A stretch of 64,000 nt of DNA from Asterias rubens (Eukaryota): NCBI RefSeq assembly GCF_902459465.1, contig NC_047075.1, forward strand, positions 7,192,001 through 7,256,000. Direction: 5' to 3'. The position numbers and the translations under genes were made by a program. The notes under the pieces are model-generated. The model saw only the letters and a list, made by a program, of their open reading frames with translations. It was not told where the DNA came from and did no database searches. Shown piece after piece: positions 24,417-36,400 of the stretch (its first letter is position 1; each line of letters starts with the position of its first letter).

Positions 24417-25317
24417 TACGCGTGTTAGGTTTTATTTGGTGTTTACATTAGTAAAACATGTTTGTCAGCTGCACCCACATCTTCCCGGACCAATCAAACG
24501 CACATGGAAAGCTTACGTCACTGCACGCTTGTCCAATGAAATAATTTTATCCAATAAGCCTTTTCGAGGTATGGTGGACACAATGCTACAACACTGTAAA
24601 GTTCTGGTAAATTTGTGCGTATTGACCATAGAAATAGAACGTATGTTATTCAGTGAAGTGCGCATTTTAGGCGATGCGGCGTTTCCACGCAAACCTAATG
24701 ACCACCAACATGGTGAGCGTGGCATCAGTCGCGGCGTGTGACGCGCGCGTATCACGTCCGCCATATCTCAAAAAGCTTATGAAATCACTGGTAATTAAAC
24801 GCGACGGTGAGCGCACACTTTTCATCATTGATCAATGACGTCTTGGGCCGAAAATCCCTTGGGTGCTTGCGCGACAAAAGACATCGACACGGCGTACCAC
24901 GCGCGTTGACGCATCTACCTTTAAGGAACCACGCGCGTCACAGGACGCATACTAAGCCCAGAGTTCTGTGGAATGTGGACGCGCAGCAGAGCGATTAACA
25001 GTATTTGGATTGCTAGGTGTGTGTGCATAATATTTTTTCTCAAGTTTATATCAAATGATGATGCTATTTATATTAACTTCAAAATAAAGAACCTATGGAC
25101 ATCAATTTGAAAAAAGGTAAGCTTTTCAATCGTTTTGACAGTAACATTTTGGTTCATTTGAAGGTGAGGGAAAATGGTTGGGTATCCACCCCCCCCCCTC
25201 CCTCAATAAGTTAATAACAATGGTAGAGAGACAGCTTTTATTCAAAAACCGAAGTTAAGATGGTAGAGAGTTGTGCTTTCTCAAGTATTTCAGTTCATGA
25301 AAAACTTGAATATTTAA

Positions 25318-25684
25318 AGGCAGTGGACACTTTTGGTAATTACTCAAAATAACTATTAGCATAAAACCTTACATGGTACTGAGTAATGGGGAGAGGTTGA
25401 TAGTATAAAACATTGTGAGAAACGGCTCCCTTTGAAGTGACGTAGTTTTCGAGAAAGAAGTAATTTTCCACGAATTTGATTTCGAAACCTCAATTTTAGA
25501 ATTTGAGGTCTCGAAATCAAGCATCTTCGTGTAACAAGGGTGTTTTTTCTTTTTTAGTTATCTCGCAACTCCGACGACCAATTGAGCTCAAATTTTCACA
25601 GGTATGTTAGTTTATTATGCATATGTTGAGATACATTAAGTGAGAAGACTGGTCTTTGACAATTACCAATAGTGTCTACTGGCT
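25318..25684. mobile_element. Kolobok-like MITE
   Basis: TTAA flanks (25314-17, 25685-88) and family TIRs. Further full or partial copies near 16915, 19840, 33546-34060, 37700, 44195, 51305, 54298, 59920 and 63290. Confidence 0.8.
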
Positions 25685-26207
25685 TTAACATGTAACATGT
25701 TTGATGGGTGAGGGGAGATTGTATGTGCAGCAAATTGAAAACTACGTTGACCGTTATGTTTTGGTGGCAAAAGGGGATAACAACAAGGGCATCTTTGTAT
25801 TCAGAACGGGGGTTTCTAGTAGGAGGGTGCATACAGTGAGTAGTTCTCTCACTTCAGGTAGGTTGGTCAACTTCCATGACTGAATTGAAATGTTTGGAGG
25901 AGAATTTTGAAGATGACGCGAGCATGATAGGAAGCCAAATGGAGATAATTGTATCTGGTGTAACAATAGTATTAAGTATTATTGCATCAAATTACATCTT
26001 TTGTTGTTTTTGTTCGATTATTTATGATCTACCCATCAATGGAACTCGGCAAACTCCCGCTCTGGAATATAAACGCAAAGCTGGCAACAACTAATCTCTA
26101 TCATTGGTTTAATATCTATGACTATGAACTGCGCAAATCAAGAAATATTGTAGTCCAGTAACTATAAACGGCAATGTTTATTCTAGTCACTGTGGAATAA
26201 ATAAACA

Positions 26208-26277
26208 GCTGGGGATTCAAACCTACAACCTTTGGATGGCAAGTCCTGTAGTCTAACCACTAGACCACTGAGAACCA
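26208..26277 (-). mobile_element. Degenerate tRNA-like SINE head
   Basis: The minus strand reads ...TGGTCTAGTGGTTAGACT...GGTTTGAATCCCC (A- and B-box-like), with poor stems. Confidence 0.45.
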
Positions 26278-26398
26278 AATCACAATTTGTTTACAGAACC
26301 AAATCATGTCTGTTACTTATTATCTCTGCTTTGATTAGTTAATTACTAACAGATTTGTGATAATTGATTGAATTACTTACACTACAGAAAGAGCAATT

Positions 26399-26571
26399 AT
26401 GAGGAGTTTGATTTGGTGGAGTTTGCTGTTTTGCGTCACCGTGACGTCAGTCTTTGCTAAGAAGTGTCCGACTGGTTGCAGCTGTAGAGGGCCTCCTTCA
26501 GAAAGACATACAGCTATTTGTTTCAAAGACAAGGGGCCCAGCAAGGACTTCCCTCCGTCAATTAAAACATT
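26399..26571 (+). CDS. Secreted LRR/charged-repeat protein, exon 1: signal peptide + LRRNT
   Basis: MRSLIWWSLLFCVTVTSVFA-KKCPTGCSCRG...AIC...FPPSIKTL; donor TT|gtaaga, phase 2. An upstream acceptor (ctacag|AAAG) implies a 5'UTR exon. Confidence 0.85.
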
Positions 26572-27546
26572 GTAAGAGCATTTCTAGCAAACTCAAAAAG
26601 GGGAGGGGGGGCATTACAATAGCTTGCTTGCAAGAGTGCACCACACATTAGGTGACAAGTCGTGCACCAATGTAATTATCAATTGTTTGTGAACCCACAG
26701 TCACTTTTCAACGATAACGTTTCGGAGTCATGCAATTAATAGATTGTGTAAAGATAAAATCTATCCGAACCTGGGGTGTCAGTGCTTTCAACTTTTATCA
26801 ATTTTTGGGGGGTTGACAAAAAAAAGGCATATTAATTTTGCTTGGGAATGGGAGGAGTGCCTCGAAGAAAGCGGGCAGCAGCAAGTCGGTTTGAAGAAAA
26901 AACAAATCGTGATTTTTTTCTGTGGTACTTTGCAAAAATTTCTGTTAAACGGGTTCACCTCAGACAAAATATTTTAGCATGATGGTTTAAAATTATCCTT
27001 CTATATTAAGTGTACTATCAGACAAATAACACAGCTTCACTTTAGGTCATCAATGTATGACTTCATTGTACGGTTTGGCTTAGAGATTGGCATTGTACAT
27101 CAGTTTGAAATCTTATCAAATTAATATCAATTCTATAATGTTCTTGACACTTGTCCATAATATCTTTAGAGAGCTACGTCATGTTTCTGCGGGTTCTATG
27201 CGAAGCTACATCAAACACGCACCCGATGTCACTGATCTCATGTAAGCAACACTATAGGCAATATATTTATGTCTAAGTTGAACTGGCGTGGCAGGAGATT
27301 TTTCCCAGTTACGGTAGCATCTTCTGGTAGCGCCCTCTATTGAATCCTGCTTCTCCAGCCCCTGTTTATTTCCCATGTACATGAATGTATTTCCACCATG
27401 TTTAAAATCCTATACTTATTTACATAAAATTATAAGGGCCGACATGGTGTTACTGCAAACATACTGCTATCTTCGCCATGCAAGTTTTTTTGTAGACCTT
27501 ACCACTAATGCAACATTTTATGTACGATCTATTATTTCTCATACAG

Positions 27547-27624
27547 ACTTCACGATTCTGGTTCAGGGGATGTGAAATACCTTCCTCCAGATTTCTTCCA
27601 TGGAATGAAACACATCAAAGCAAT
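27547..27624 (+). CDS. LRR protein exon 2 (LHDSGSGDVKYLPPDFFHGMKHIKAI)
   Basis: ttatttctcatacag| ... AT|gtaagt, 78 nt, phase 2-2, which is typical for single-LRR exons. Confidence 0.85.
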
Positions 27625-28147
27625 GTAAGTTGACTGGAAATAAGCTTCGATATCACTCTTAAAATTAATGAGGACAATGAAAACAACTTGTGGTTAGAAG
27701 CCTACATCAGCGTTTGATAGAATAAAGTATTTCAAGAAACGTTTCACTTCGAAGTAACGTATAGTTACGAGAACAAAAACAAAAACAAATAGCCAACAAC
27801 ACTGAATCGGACAAACATTAACTCATAACACTTCTCAGATTGCGTATTACAGTAGGGAATATTCTTCATTGAGTGGACACCTTTGGCTCCAGATTTTCGA
27901 CAATAATGTCTTAAAAAACGCGGCCGCCTTCTGAAATATTTTTTTTAAAAATATGATGTTATAGTTTTATTGTGTACTTCTGCATTTATTATTGAAAGAA
28001 ACGAACGGTTCCCTCGACCAATAATACACATACATGGCTAATTATTAGAAGAAGATCAAAACCAATAATACACATACATTGCTAATCATTAGAAGAAGAA
28101 ACTGTCCACAATGTCTAACTAAAATGTCTTATTTTCCCCTGAATCAG

Positions 28148-28228
28148 AACCTTCCAGAAGCTGAAGCACAACGTCGCCCCACATGGTCTAGCTATCGCAA
28201 TGGAGGGCCTTGGTCAACTACGATTTCT
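28148..28228 (+). CDS. LRR protein exon 3 (TFQKLKHNVAPHGLAIAMEGLGQLRFL)
   Basis: ttttcccctgaatcag| ... CT|gtaagt, 81 nt, phase 2-2. Confidence 0.8.
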
Positions 28229-28787
28229 GTAAGTTATTTTCTAGTAATAATAATTCAGTTTGTGGACCATGAGGCCTATCTACTACCTGGTTGATCGTGT
28301 CTTGTTATATTCTGCTACCACGGATATAGATGGCTTTTAACATCGCAAAGCCGATCTACATTGACACATCATCATGGCTCATGCAATGCCATCCAATCCA
28401 TATGTTTCATTCTATGTTGTTCAATCTTTCTTGTGTCACTTTGGTGTCGGTAAGCCCGTGTATTAAATTCATGTTCGAATTGACAACTGGGGCTATTATG
28501 ATGACACTCCTGACGCAGAGTCAATAACCCTGCTACACACAGATACAACAAAGCGCCAAAGCTATGATTTCAGAAATATATATGTTTTGAGATGTGTTGT
28601 CTGAGTTGAAGTGATGTGAGGTTTTTCCAAAGAGAGTGCCTGGCACGCACGGAGTGACAAAAATAGGATAAGTCTTAACCGTCAGGAAACTGAAAGAGAG
28701 GGAAGCAGTTTATTGTATAGGCTTGTAAAATGGAAAACATGTCGGGTTCTATAATGATCTTCTCTATCTTTGATTCAATCTTTTCAG

Positions 28788-28954
28788 AGATCTAACTAAG
28801 AATCGTTTGGAGTGCAGCTGTGAGCTTCTTGATTGGATAAACAGTCATCACGTGATGCTTCTAGGAGTGCCAAATCTAGCGCCCTCTACACATTGTAAAG
28901 AGGCCGGGTTTGACGAAGATACTTACACTTCGACGGAACTAATTGAACTATGCG
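28788..28954 (+). CDS. LRR protein exon 4: last LRR + LRRCT (DLTKNRLECSCELLDW...C...C)
   Basis: aatcttttcag| ... TGC G|gtaaga, 167 nt, phase 2-1; N-x-L-x-C-x-C-x-L-x2-W LRRCT pattern. Confidence 0.88.
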
Positions 28955-29024
28955 GTAAGAATGAATCTAGTTTGAACTTGAAACATACTTATCAGCTGAT
29001 TTGAGGTTTGAAGAAAGAAATATT

Positions 29025-29225
29025 GACTAGAGCAGGACTTGAACCAACGACCTTCGGATTAACGTGCCGGCGCTCTACCAACTGAGCTATCCAGCCCGTA
29101 ATTGGCGGTCTCCATATTTTCAATCTTTGTTCTAAGAGACCGCCATTAAAGATAGCTCAGTTGGTGCATGGTTGAGCGCCGGCGCGTTAATCCATATGAC
29201 ATTGGTTCAAATCACGCTCCAAGCA
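29025..29225. mobile_element. Palindromic element with two divergent tRNA-like arms; related copies at 61605-61775 (two arms) and 34372-34520 (one arm)
   Basis: Minus arm 29025-29096 reads GGCTGGATAGCTCAGTTGGTAGAGCG...GGTTCAAGTCC; plus arm 29151-29225 reads GATAGCTCAGTTGG...GGTTCAAATC. Confidence 0.7.
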
Positions 29226-29389
29226 ATGTTTCTTAGTTCAACCCTAAATCATACACAAATTTACCCAATCAGTTTCCCTTATGATTTATGATTTGATAAA
29301 TATTAATTAACTGCTAAAAATAATCATACTACAGATTATCTCGAGGAAGAGGAATTCGTTAAATCTTGAGTTAATTTGTATTACAACAG

Positions 29390-32300
29390 GAAGTTTGAAC
29401 TCGACACATGTTCATGAAGTGAAGCATGAATCGTCTGCAGATGAAATAAGCAAAGTGATGGACGAGTTTTCCAGTTCCAAGGTTGGGAAAGATGTTGATG
29501 AAGAAGACGAAGATGAGGATAAAGATGTTGATAATAATCAAGACGTTGAGAACCTTGAATCGGTAACTGGGACCAAACACACAGACAAAAATCGAGCTCT
29601 CTTCAATTGGTTGAAAAAAGACGTTGAGAAATCTGAATCAGTAACTGACTCCAAACACAAAATAAAACCTCAATCAAACACCGATTCAGAGAAAGACGAC
29701 GATGAGAAACCTGAATCAGTAACTGACTCCAAACACAAAATAAAACCTCAATCAAACACCGATTCAGAGAAAGACGACGATGAGAAACCTGAATCAGTAA
29801 CTCGCACCAAACACAAAGACAAAGCTCAATCTCTCATCGATTCGGAAAAAGAAGACGATGAGCAACCTGAATCGGTAACTGGCTCCAAACAGAAAGTCAA
29901 AGCTCAATCTCTCACCGATTCAAAGAAAGAAGACGTTGAGAAACATGAATCAGTAAATGGCTCCACACACAAAGACAAAGCTCAGTCTTTCACCGATTCG
30001 GAGAAAGAAGACGATGAGAAACCTGAATCAGTAACTGGCTCCAAACACAAAATAAACGCTCAAGCTCTCATCGATTCGGAGAAAGAAGACGACCACAAAG
30101 TCAAAGAGAATCTTGCGAATCTTGAATCGGTAACTGGGACCAAACACACAGACAAAAATCGAGCTCTCTTCAATTGGTTGAAAAAAGACGTTGAGAAATC
30201 TGAATCAGTAACTGACTCCAAACACAAAATAAAACCTCAATCAAACACCGATTCAGAGAAAGAAGACGACGAGAAACCTGAATCAGTAACTGACTCCAAA
30301 CACAAAATAAAACCTCAATCAAACACCGATTCAGAGAAAGACGACGATGAGAAATCTGAATCAGTAACTGACTCCAAACACAAAATAAAACCTCAATCAA
30401 ACACCGATTCAGAGAAAGACGACGATGAGAAACCTGAATCAGTAACTGACTCCAAACACAAAATAAAACCTCAATCAAACACCGATTCAGAGAAAGAAGA
30501 CGATGAGAAACCTGAATCAGTAACTGACTCCAAACACAAAATAAAACCTCAATCAAACACCGATTCAGAGAAAGACGACGATGAGAAACCTGAATCAGTA
30601 ACTGACTCCAAACACAAAATAAAACCTCAATCAAACACCGATTCAGAGAAAGACGACGATGAGAAATCTGAATCAGTAACTGACTCCAAACATAAAGACA
30701 AAGCTCAATCTCTTATCGATTCGGGGAAAGCAGACGATGAGCAACTTGAATCAGTAACTGGCCCCGAACACAAAATAAAAGCTCAATCTTTCACCGATTC
30801 AGAGAAAGAAGACGACGAGAAACCTGAATCGTTAACTCGCACCAAACATAAAGACAAAGCTCAATCTCTTATCGATTCGGGGAAAGCAGACGATGAGCAA
30901 CTTGAATCAGTAACTGGCCCCAAACATAAATCAAAAGCTCAATCTTTCACCGATTCAGAGAAAGAAGACGACGAGAAACCTGAATCGTTAACTCGCCCCA
31001 GACATAAAGACAAAGCTCTATCTTTTATTGATTCGGGGAAAGCAGACGGTGAGCAACCTGAATCAGTAACTGGCCCCAAACACAAAATAAAAGCTCAATC
31101 TTTCACCGATTCAGAGAAAGAAGACAACGAGAAACCTGAATCGGTAACTCGCCCCAAACATAAAGACAAAGCTCAATCTCTTATCGATTCAGAGAAAGAA
31201 GACGATGAGAAACCTGAATCGGTAACTGGCACCCAACACAAAGACAAAGCTCAAGCTCTCATCAAGTCGGAGGAAGAAGACGATGAGAAACCAGAATCGG
31301 TAACTCGCCCCAAACACAAAGACAAAGCTCAATCTCTTATCGATTCGGAGAAAGAAGACGGTGAGCAACCTCAATCAGTAACTGGCTCCAAACACAAAAT
31401 AAATGCTCAAGCTCTCATCGATTCGGAGAAAGAAGACGATAAGAAACCTGAATCGGTAACTGGCACCCAACACAAAGACAAAGCTCAAGCTCTCATCAAG
31501 TCGGAGGAAGAAGACGATGAGAAACCAGAATCGGTAACTCGCCCCAAACACAAAGACAAAGCTCAATCTCTTATCGATTCGGAGAAAGAAGACGGTGAGC
31601 AACCTGAATCAGTAACTGGCTCCAAACACAAAATAAATGCTCAAGCTCTCATCAACTCGGAGGAAGAAGACGATGAGAAACCTGAATCGGTAACTCGCCC
31701 CAAACACAAAGACAAAGCTCAATCTCTTATCGATTCGGGGAAAGCACACGATGAGCAACCTGAATCAGTAACTGGCTCCAAACACAAAATAAATGCTCAA
31801 GCTGTCATCGATTCGGAGAAAGAAGACGATGAGAAACCTGAATCGGTAACTGGCCCCAAACACAAAGACAAAGCTCAAGCGCTCATCAAGTCGGAGAAAG
31901 AAAACGTTGCGAATCTTAAATCTGAGTCAGTAACTGGCTCTGAGCAGCAAGAAAAAGTTCAATCTTTCACCGAATCTGAGAAAGAAGACGTTGAGAATCC
32001 TGAATCAGTAAATGGCTTCCAGCAGAAAGACAAAGCCCAAGCCCTCACCGATTCTGGGACTGAAGACGTTGAGAATCTTGAATCATTAATTGGCTCACAG
32101 CACCATGACAAATCAAAAGCTCTCTCCAATTCAAGGAAAACAGATTTTAAAGACCTTAAATCTGGTAGTGGTGCCCAACACAAAGACAACACTCAAACTC
32201 TCACCAAGTCAGGGGAAGATAACATTGCGAATCCAGAATCTGAAATTGACTCCCAATACCAAGCTCTCACCAATTTGGGGAAAGAAGACGTTGAGTCGAG

Positions 32301-33480
32301 CCCCGATTCAGTAACTGCCTCCCAACAGCAATACAAAGCTAAATCATTCCTCAATTCGGAGAAAGAAGACAGTCCCGATTCAGTAACTGCCTCCCAACAG
32401 CAATACAAAGCTAAATCATTCATCAATTCGGAGAAAGAAGACAGTCCCGATTCAGTAACTGCCACCCAACAGAAATACAAAGCTAAATCATTCATCAATT
32501 CGGAGAAAGAAGACAGTCCCGATTCAGTAACTGCCTCCCAACAGCAATACAAAGCTAAACCATTTACCAACTCGGGGAAAGAAGACGTTGAAAGTCCCGA
32601 AACAAGAACTGTCTTTAAACACCAACCCAAAACTGAAGCTCTCACCAGTTCGGAGAAGGAAGACTTTGCGAATCCTGAATCAGTAACTGGCTCCAAACAC
32701 CAAGAAAAAGCTCAATCTCTCACCAAGTCTAGGAAAAAAGACTTTGAAAACCCTGAATCTGGAAGTGGTTCCCAACAACAAGACGTATCTAAAGCTATTA
32801 CCAATTTCGTGAAAGAAGTGAGAGTGACAGTCACAACAGCACCCGAATCAAGAGGAGAACTATTTCAGGAAATCCATCCTCATCTGAAAAAAGACGGACA
32901 ATTTTTGCAGTCGGAATTTGAACGAATAGAAGAATATCGCAAAAGGTTATTGTCACTCCTTGACGAACATCGAATGACACCAACGTATTCGACACCGGAA
33001 TATTCTAGTCCGACCAAGATTGATACCGTGGTATCGAATAATGACATCGTTGAACCAGTCACCACACAAGAAACACTATCACCCGATGATAATGAAGTTA
33101 TCGATTACTACGATGCTGACATGGAGTCGATTCTCACGACCATGAAAACAATAACCACAACGCAACCTTCTGACAAGAACCCATCCAAAGTGTCTGAGGA
33201 GACACTAGAAGTAACTTCAGATCCAGACAATATGGCAACTTTCTCCTCACCACATACCAAAAACTCTAAAGATAAATCTACTGAGAAATTGAAAGCAGAG
33301 CAGAAATCCCACAACGATTCTAGACATTTGTTTCTAGAGCGATCCCCAAGCGGCGATTTCGGTTCATCGATTCTTGACAGCCCGATCGATATCCGATTAC
33401 ATCCGATCGATCCAGTAGAACTGAAGTTACTCATCAAGTATCTACAAAATGTTTCTGATGTCCAGAAAGCTGAGGACTAG
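29390..33480 (+). CDS. LRR protein terminal exon: about 1363 aa low-complexity Asp/Glu/Lys/Ser-rich repeat region
   Basis: tttgtattacaacag|GA AGT TTG is in phase with exon 4 and open for 4091 nt to TAG. The joined CDS is 4590 nt (1529 aa). Confidence 0.88.
29545..32790 (+). repeat. Coding minisatellite, 78-bp (26-aa) unit, roughly 40 copies, with a 72-bp sub-array near 32300-32570
   Basis: ESVTDSKHKIKPQSNTDSEKDDDEKP and variants; GAATCAGT occurs at 29635 and 29713. Confidence 0.92.
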
Positions 33481-36400
33481 TTTGGAAAACTTACACTGTA
33501 TTGAAAGACTCAGTCTGATTCTATAGAAAACATTTTAAAAACCATTAAAGGCACTATAGTCTAGACATTATTGGTAATTTCGAAAAGAGTTTGTAACCGT
33601 TTGTTATTAAATGCATACGATTAGACATATATTTTAAAAGTAGAGTATAATGATCCACACAAGTATCACTCGAAATTGCGTGGTTTTCCGTTTACCTCGT
33701 CGACAAACATGGTCAGCCATTTATGGGAGTCAATCGTTTGACTGTCATAAAATGGCCGACCGTGTTAGTTTGCAAAGTAAAAAGAAAACCACGCAATTTC
33801 GAGGTAAATGTGTGTGGATCATTGTATTCTACTTTTAAACCATCTTTCTAACCATTATTTATAACAAACGGTTACAAACGCTTTTCACCGACCAACTCGA
33901 CCGATCCAAAACAACGTGTTCCTTTAAATAGCAATCATTTATTGACAACGAGCAGTGGAGAGCTGTTGATAGTATTAAACATTGTGATGAACGGTTTTTG
34001 AGAAAGAGGTTATTTTTCCCCATCTTAAATAGTAAATACCTCAGCTGAAGCCCCTAATTGGACAGTACCCAGGATAAAGACACAGATAATTTTTGTAAAA
34101 TTTTCGCAGAATTCGAGTTCTCCGTTTTAACACAAAACCTTTTTGGGACAGTCTGAACAAAATGGTTGTGATCTTCTTTGACCAAACCCGTGGTCTTACG
34201 TTTTACTTGTTAAGGTTTTCTTTATTATTATATACTATTTAATTTAATTTCTTCACTACTTTCTTACTTCTTATTTGGAGATACATGTTCTAGTGTTGCG
34301 GTTATCAATAAATAAATATAAATATTACTCAAAGGCTGAATGTTAGTTCCTGAAGGGTTGACCGAAGCCCATTGACTATAGTGGGACTTGTACCAACGAC
34401 CTCCAGATTAACGTGACGGCGCTCTACTAACTGAGCTATCTTGAATCTAGCCCTATATATTGACGGTGTACCGAATATTTTGTCAACATCTTTGTTCGTG
34501 GGTGCCAGTCAGAAGCCATACAACCTGTAACTATAGCCAGGGATCACACCAAAACTTTCGAAACAATCGTGGTCAGGGACCAAAAAAGGATGTAAGCACA
34601 ACAAACTTGCTAAGCACATAAAAGTATTGCTTAACAGAAACAGGTCATCAGGCAAAATTACATTAAGTTTACACTGGTGTGAACGGTGCCCCACTCAGTT
34701 TTTGCTAATAGCAAAGAAATCGTCAAGCAGTATTTTCTGCTCAGCAGCAATTTGGAATTGGGACCTGGTTAGAGTGGCAGACATGGGATTGTTATAAGTT
34801 ATCATAGTGTGCTATTTACATAAACATAGATTATTGATGCTTATAGCAAGCTATATTTACGAGTCACAACACTTCTATGTACACGATCCACATAATAGCG
34901 CTATTGGGGACCGGTTCTATAGAAAATATTGACTGGCACGTCCTTTATGTACGGTAATAATACCTTGTCAATGGAGTGTCTTTATTATACCAAGGCCGCC
35001 GCCTTCTCAGTTTGGTTTACAGGTTCGAGCTGCCAGTAAGTCTCAAACGGTGTCTGTGGACCGCATGGGTGAATACATTATACACAGGACAATATTAATA
35101 TTACTGCGGTTGGAGCTTTGTTGTGGTGTTCACAGTGAACTTGGAGTTTGGTTGTGGATGGATTGGTAGCTCAAACGAGGTGAGTGGTATGGGTGTATAG
35201 TAGGCTTAGTGCGGGTAACACGCAACCGTTGTAAACAAAGCCAAAACACCGCTAGGAAGTTATGGCTGACTACCAGCTATACACTCTAAAAACAATGTTT
35301 TGATTTTCAACACATTCCTTAGCATACTTTTTGTAGCACTGTTTTTAACATGATAATCTTAAACATGTTTAGATTTATTGTGTTTGGGTAACATGCAACC
35401 GTTGTATGTAAACAAGGCCAAACACCACTTGGAAATGATGCCTGACTACCAGCTTCTATACACTCTAAAATCAATGTTTTAACAAGTTTTAGATTTCAAC
35501 ACATTTCAAAGCATACTTAAACTTTTTGTACCATTTTTTCCACAGCATAACCTAGAACATGTTTAGTTCTTGTGTGTGTTTGAATGCTACAAAATATTTG
35601 AGCAGGTGTCAAAATGATAAGCATGTTTATTATTTAAACATGTTTAAAAATTTGGTACAACATTTGTGTTTTATAACATTGACAGTATGTGTAGTTTACT
35701 ATGCAGTGTAACATCGAAGTATTATATAGCGCACGTATCTACAAAACAAAGTACTCAAGGCGCTGAGTAATACAAAACTTTCAGAAAGATAGGTACTTGT
35801 AATTGCAATGAGCAATTTTGAGACCCAATGCTGGTAACGTGGGTTTGATGTTGTACACCCAAATAGAGTATTTTACTGAAACAACCACATTCAATAGGAT
35901 CGTGAGATGTGATATCTTTAGTTGACAACAAAATACCGAAATAACAAGTTTCATGGTGTTTTAAAACATTATATTAGGCCATTGTCATACGAGGCAACTT
36001 TTCAGGTAACTTGGAGGCAACCGACTGCAGTGTATGCTACAGGACCACTTTGGTAGCAGTGGCGTCATTTTGCTTACAATGTCTTGGAATCCCTAAGAAT
36101 AAATGGTGATGAAACGCGAATGCATCACCTTATAAAGATTGCTTGGAACTGGTTGGCTGTAAATTGCCTCATGTGACACGAACCGTACCCTTTCCGAAAC
36201 AAGTGCATTAGTCCCGTGTACGGCTTCAGGCTCACTCATACTATAAAGTATGCTTCAATAAGACGGTCGGAGTCAACTGGTGGGGCTGGACCCGGAACAC
36301 GATTTTCGAAAAGGCTCGTTGACTATGGACCACTGGGCCCTAATCTGAAAGCAGAACATGTTGCTTCTGCTTAGCACAAAAAGGCAGGACACCACCCACA

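Noticed and set aside
28330-28527. ORF between LRR exons 3 and 4 as an extra exon
   Set aside because: No LRR pattern in any compatible frame, and exons 3 and 4 join into a clean LRR-LRRCT without it.
10980-28870. Recurrent GCGCCCTCT motif (about 10980, 11503, 12393, 12985, 13309, 20884, 27330, 28859) as CTCF-like sites
   Set aside because: Matches are partial, several are inside repeats and one is in a coding exon. This cannot be separated from chance without a PWM scan or ChIP.
29025-29096. Functional tRNA-Asn(GTT) gene (also the tRNA-like segments at 26208 and 34372)
   Set aside because: The anticodon and T stems are mispaired, the loop lacks the conserved U33, and the sequence belongs to a dispersed repeat.
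30170-33437. Several minus-strand repetitive ORFs
   Set aside because: Antisense shadows of the coding minisatellite.
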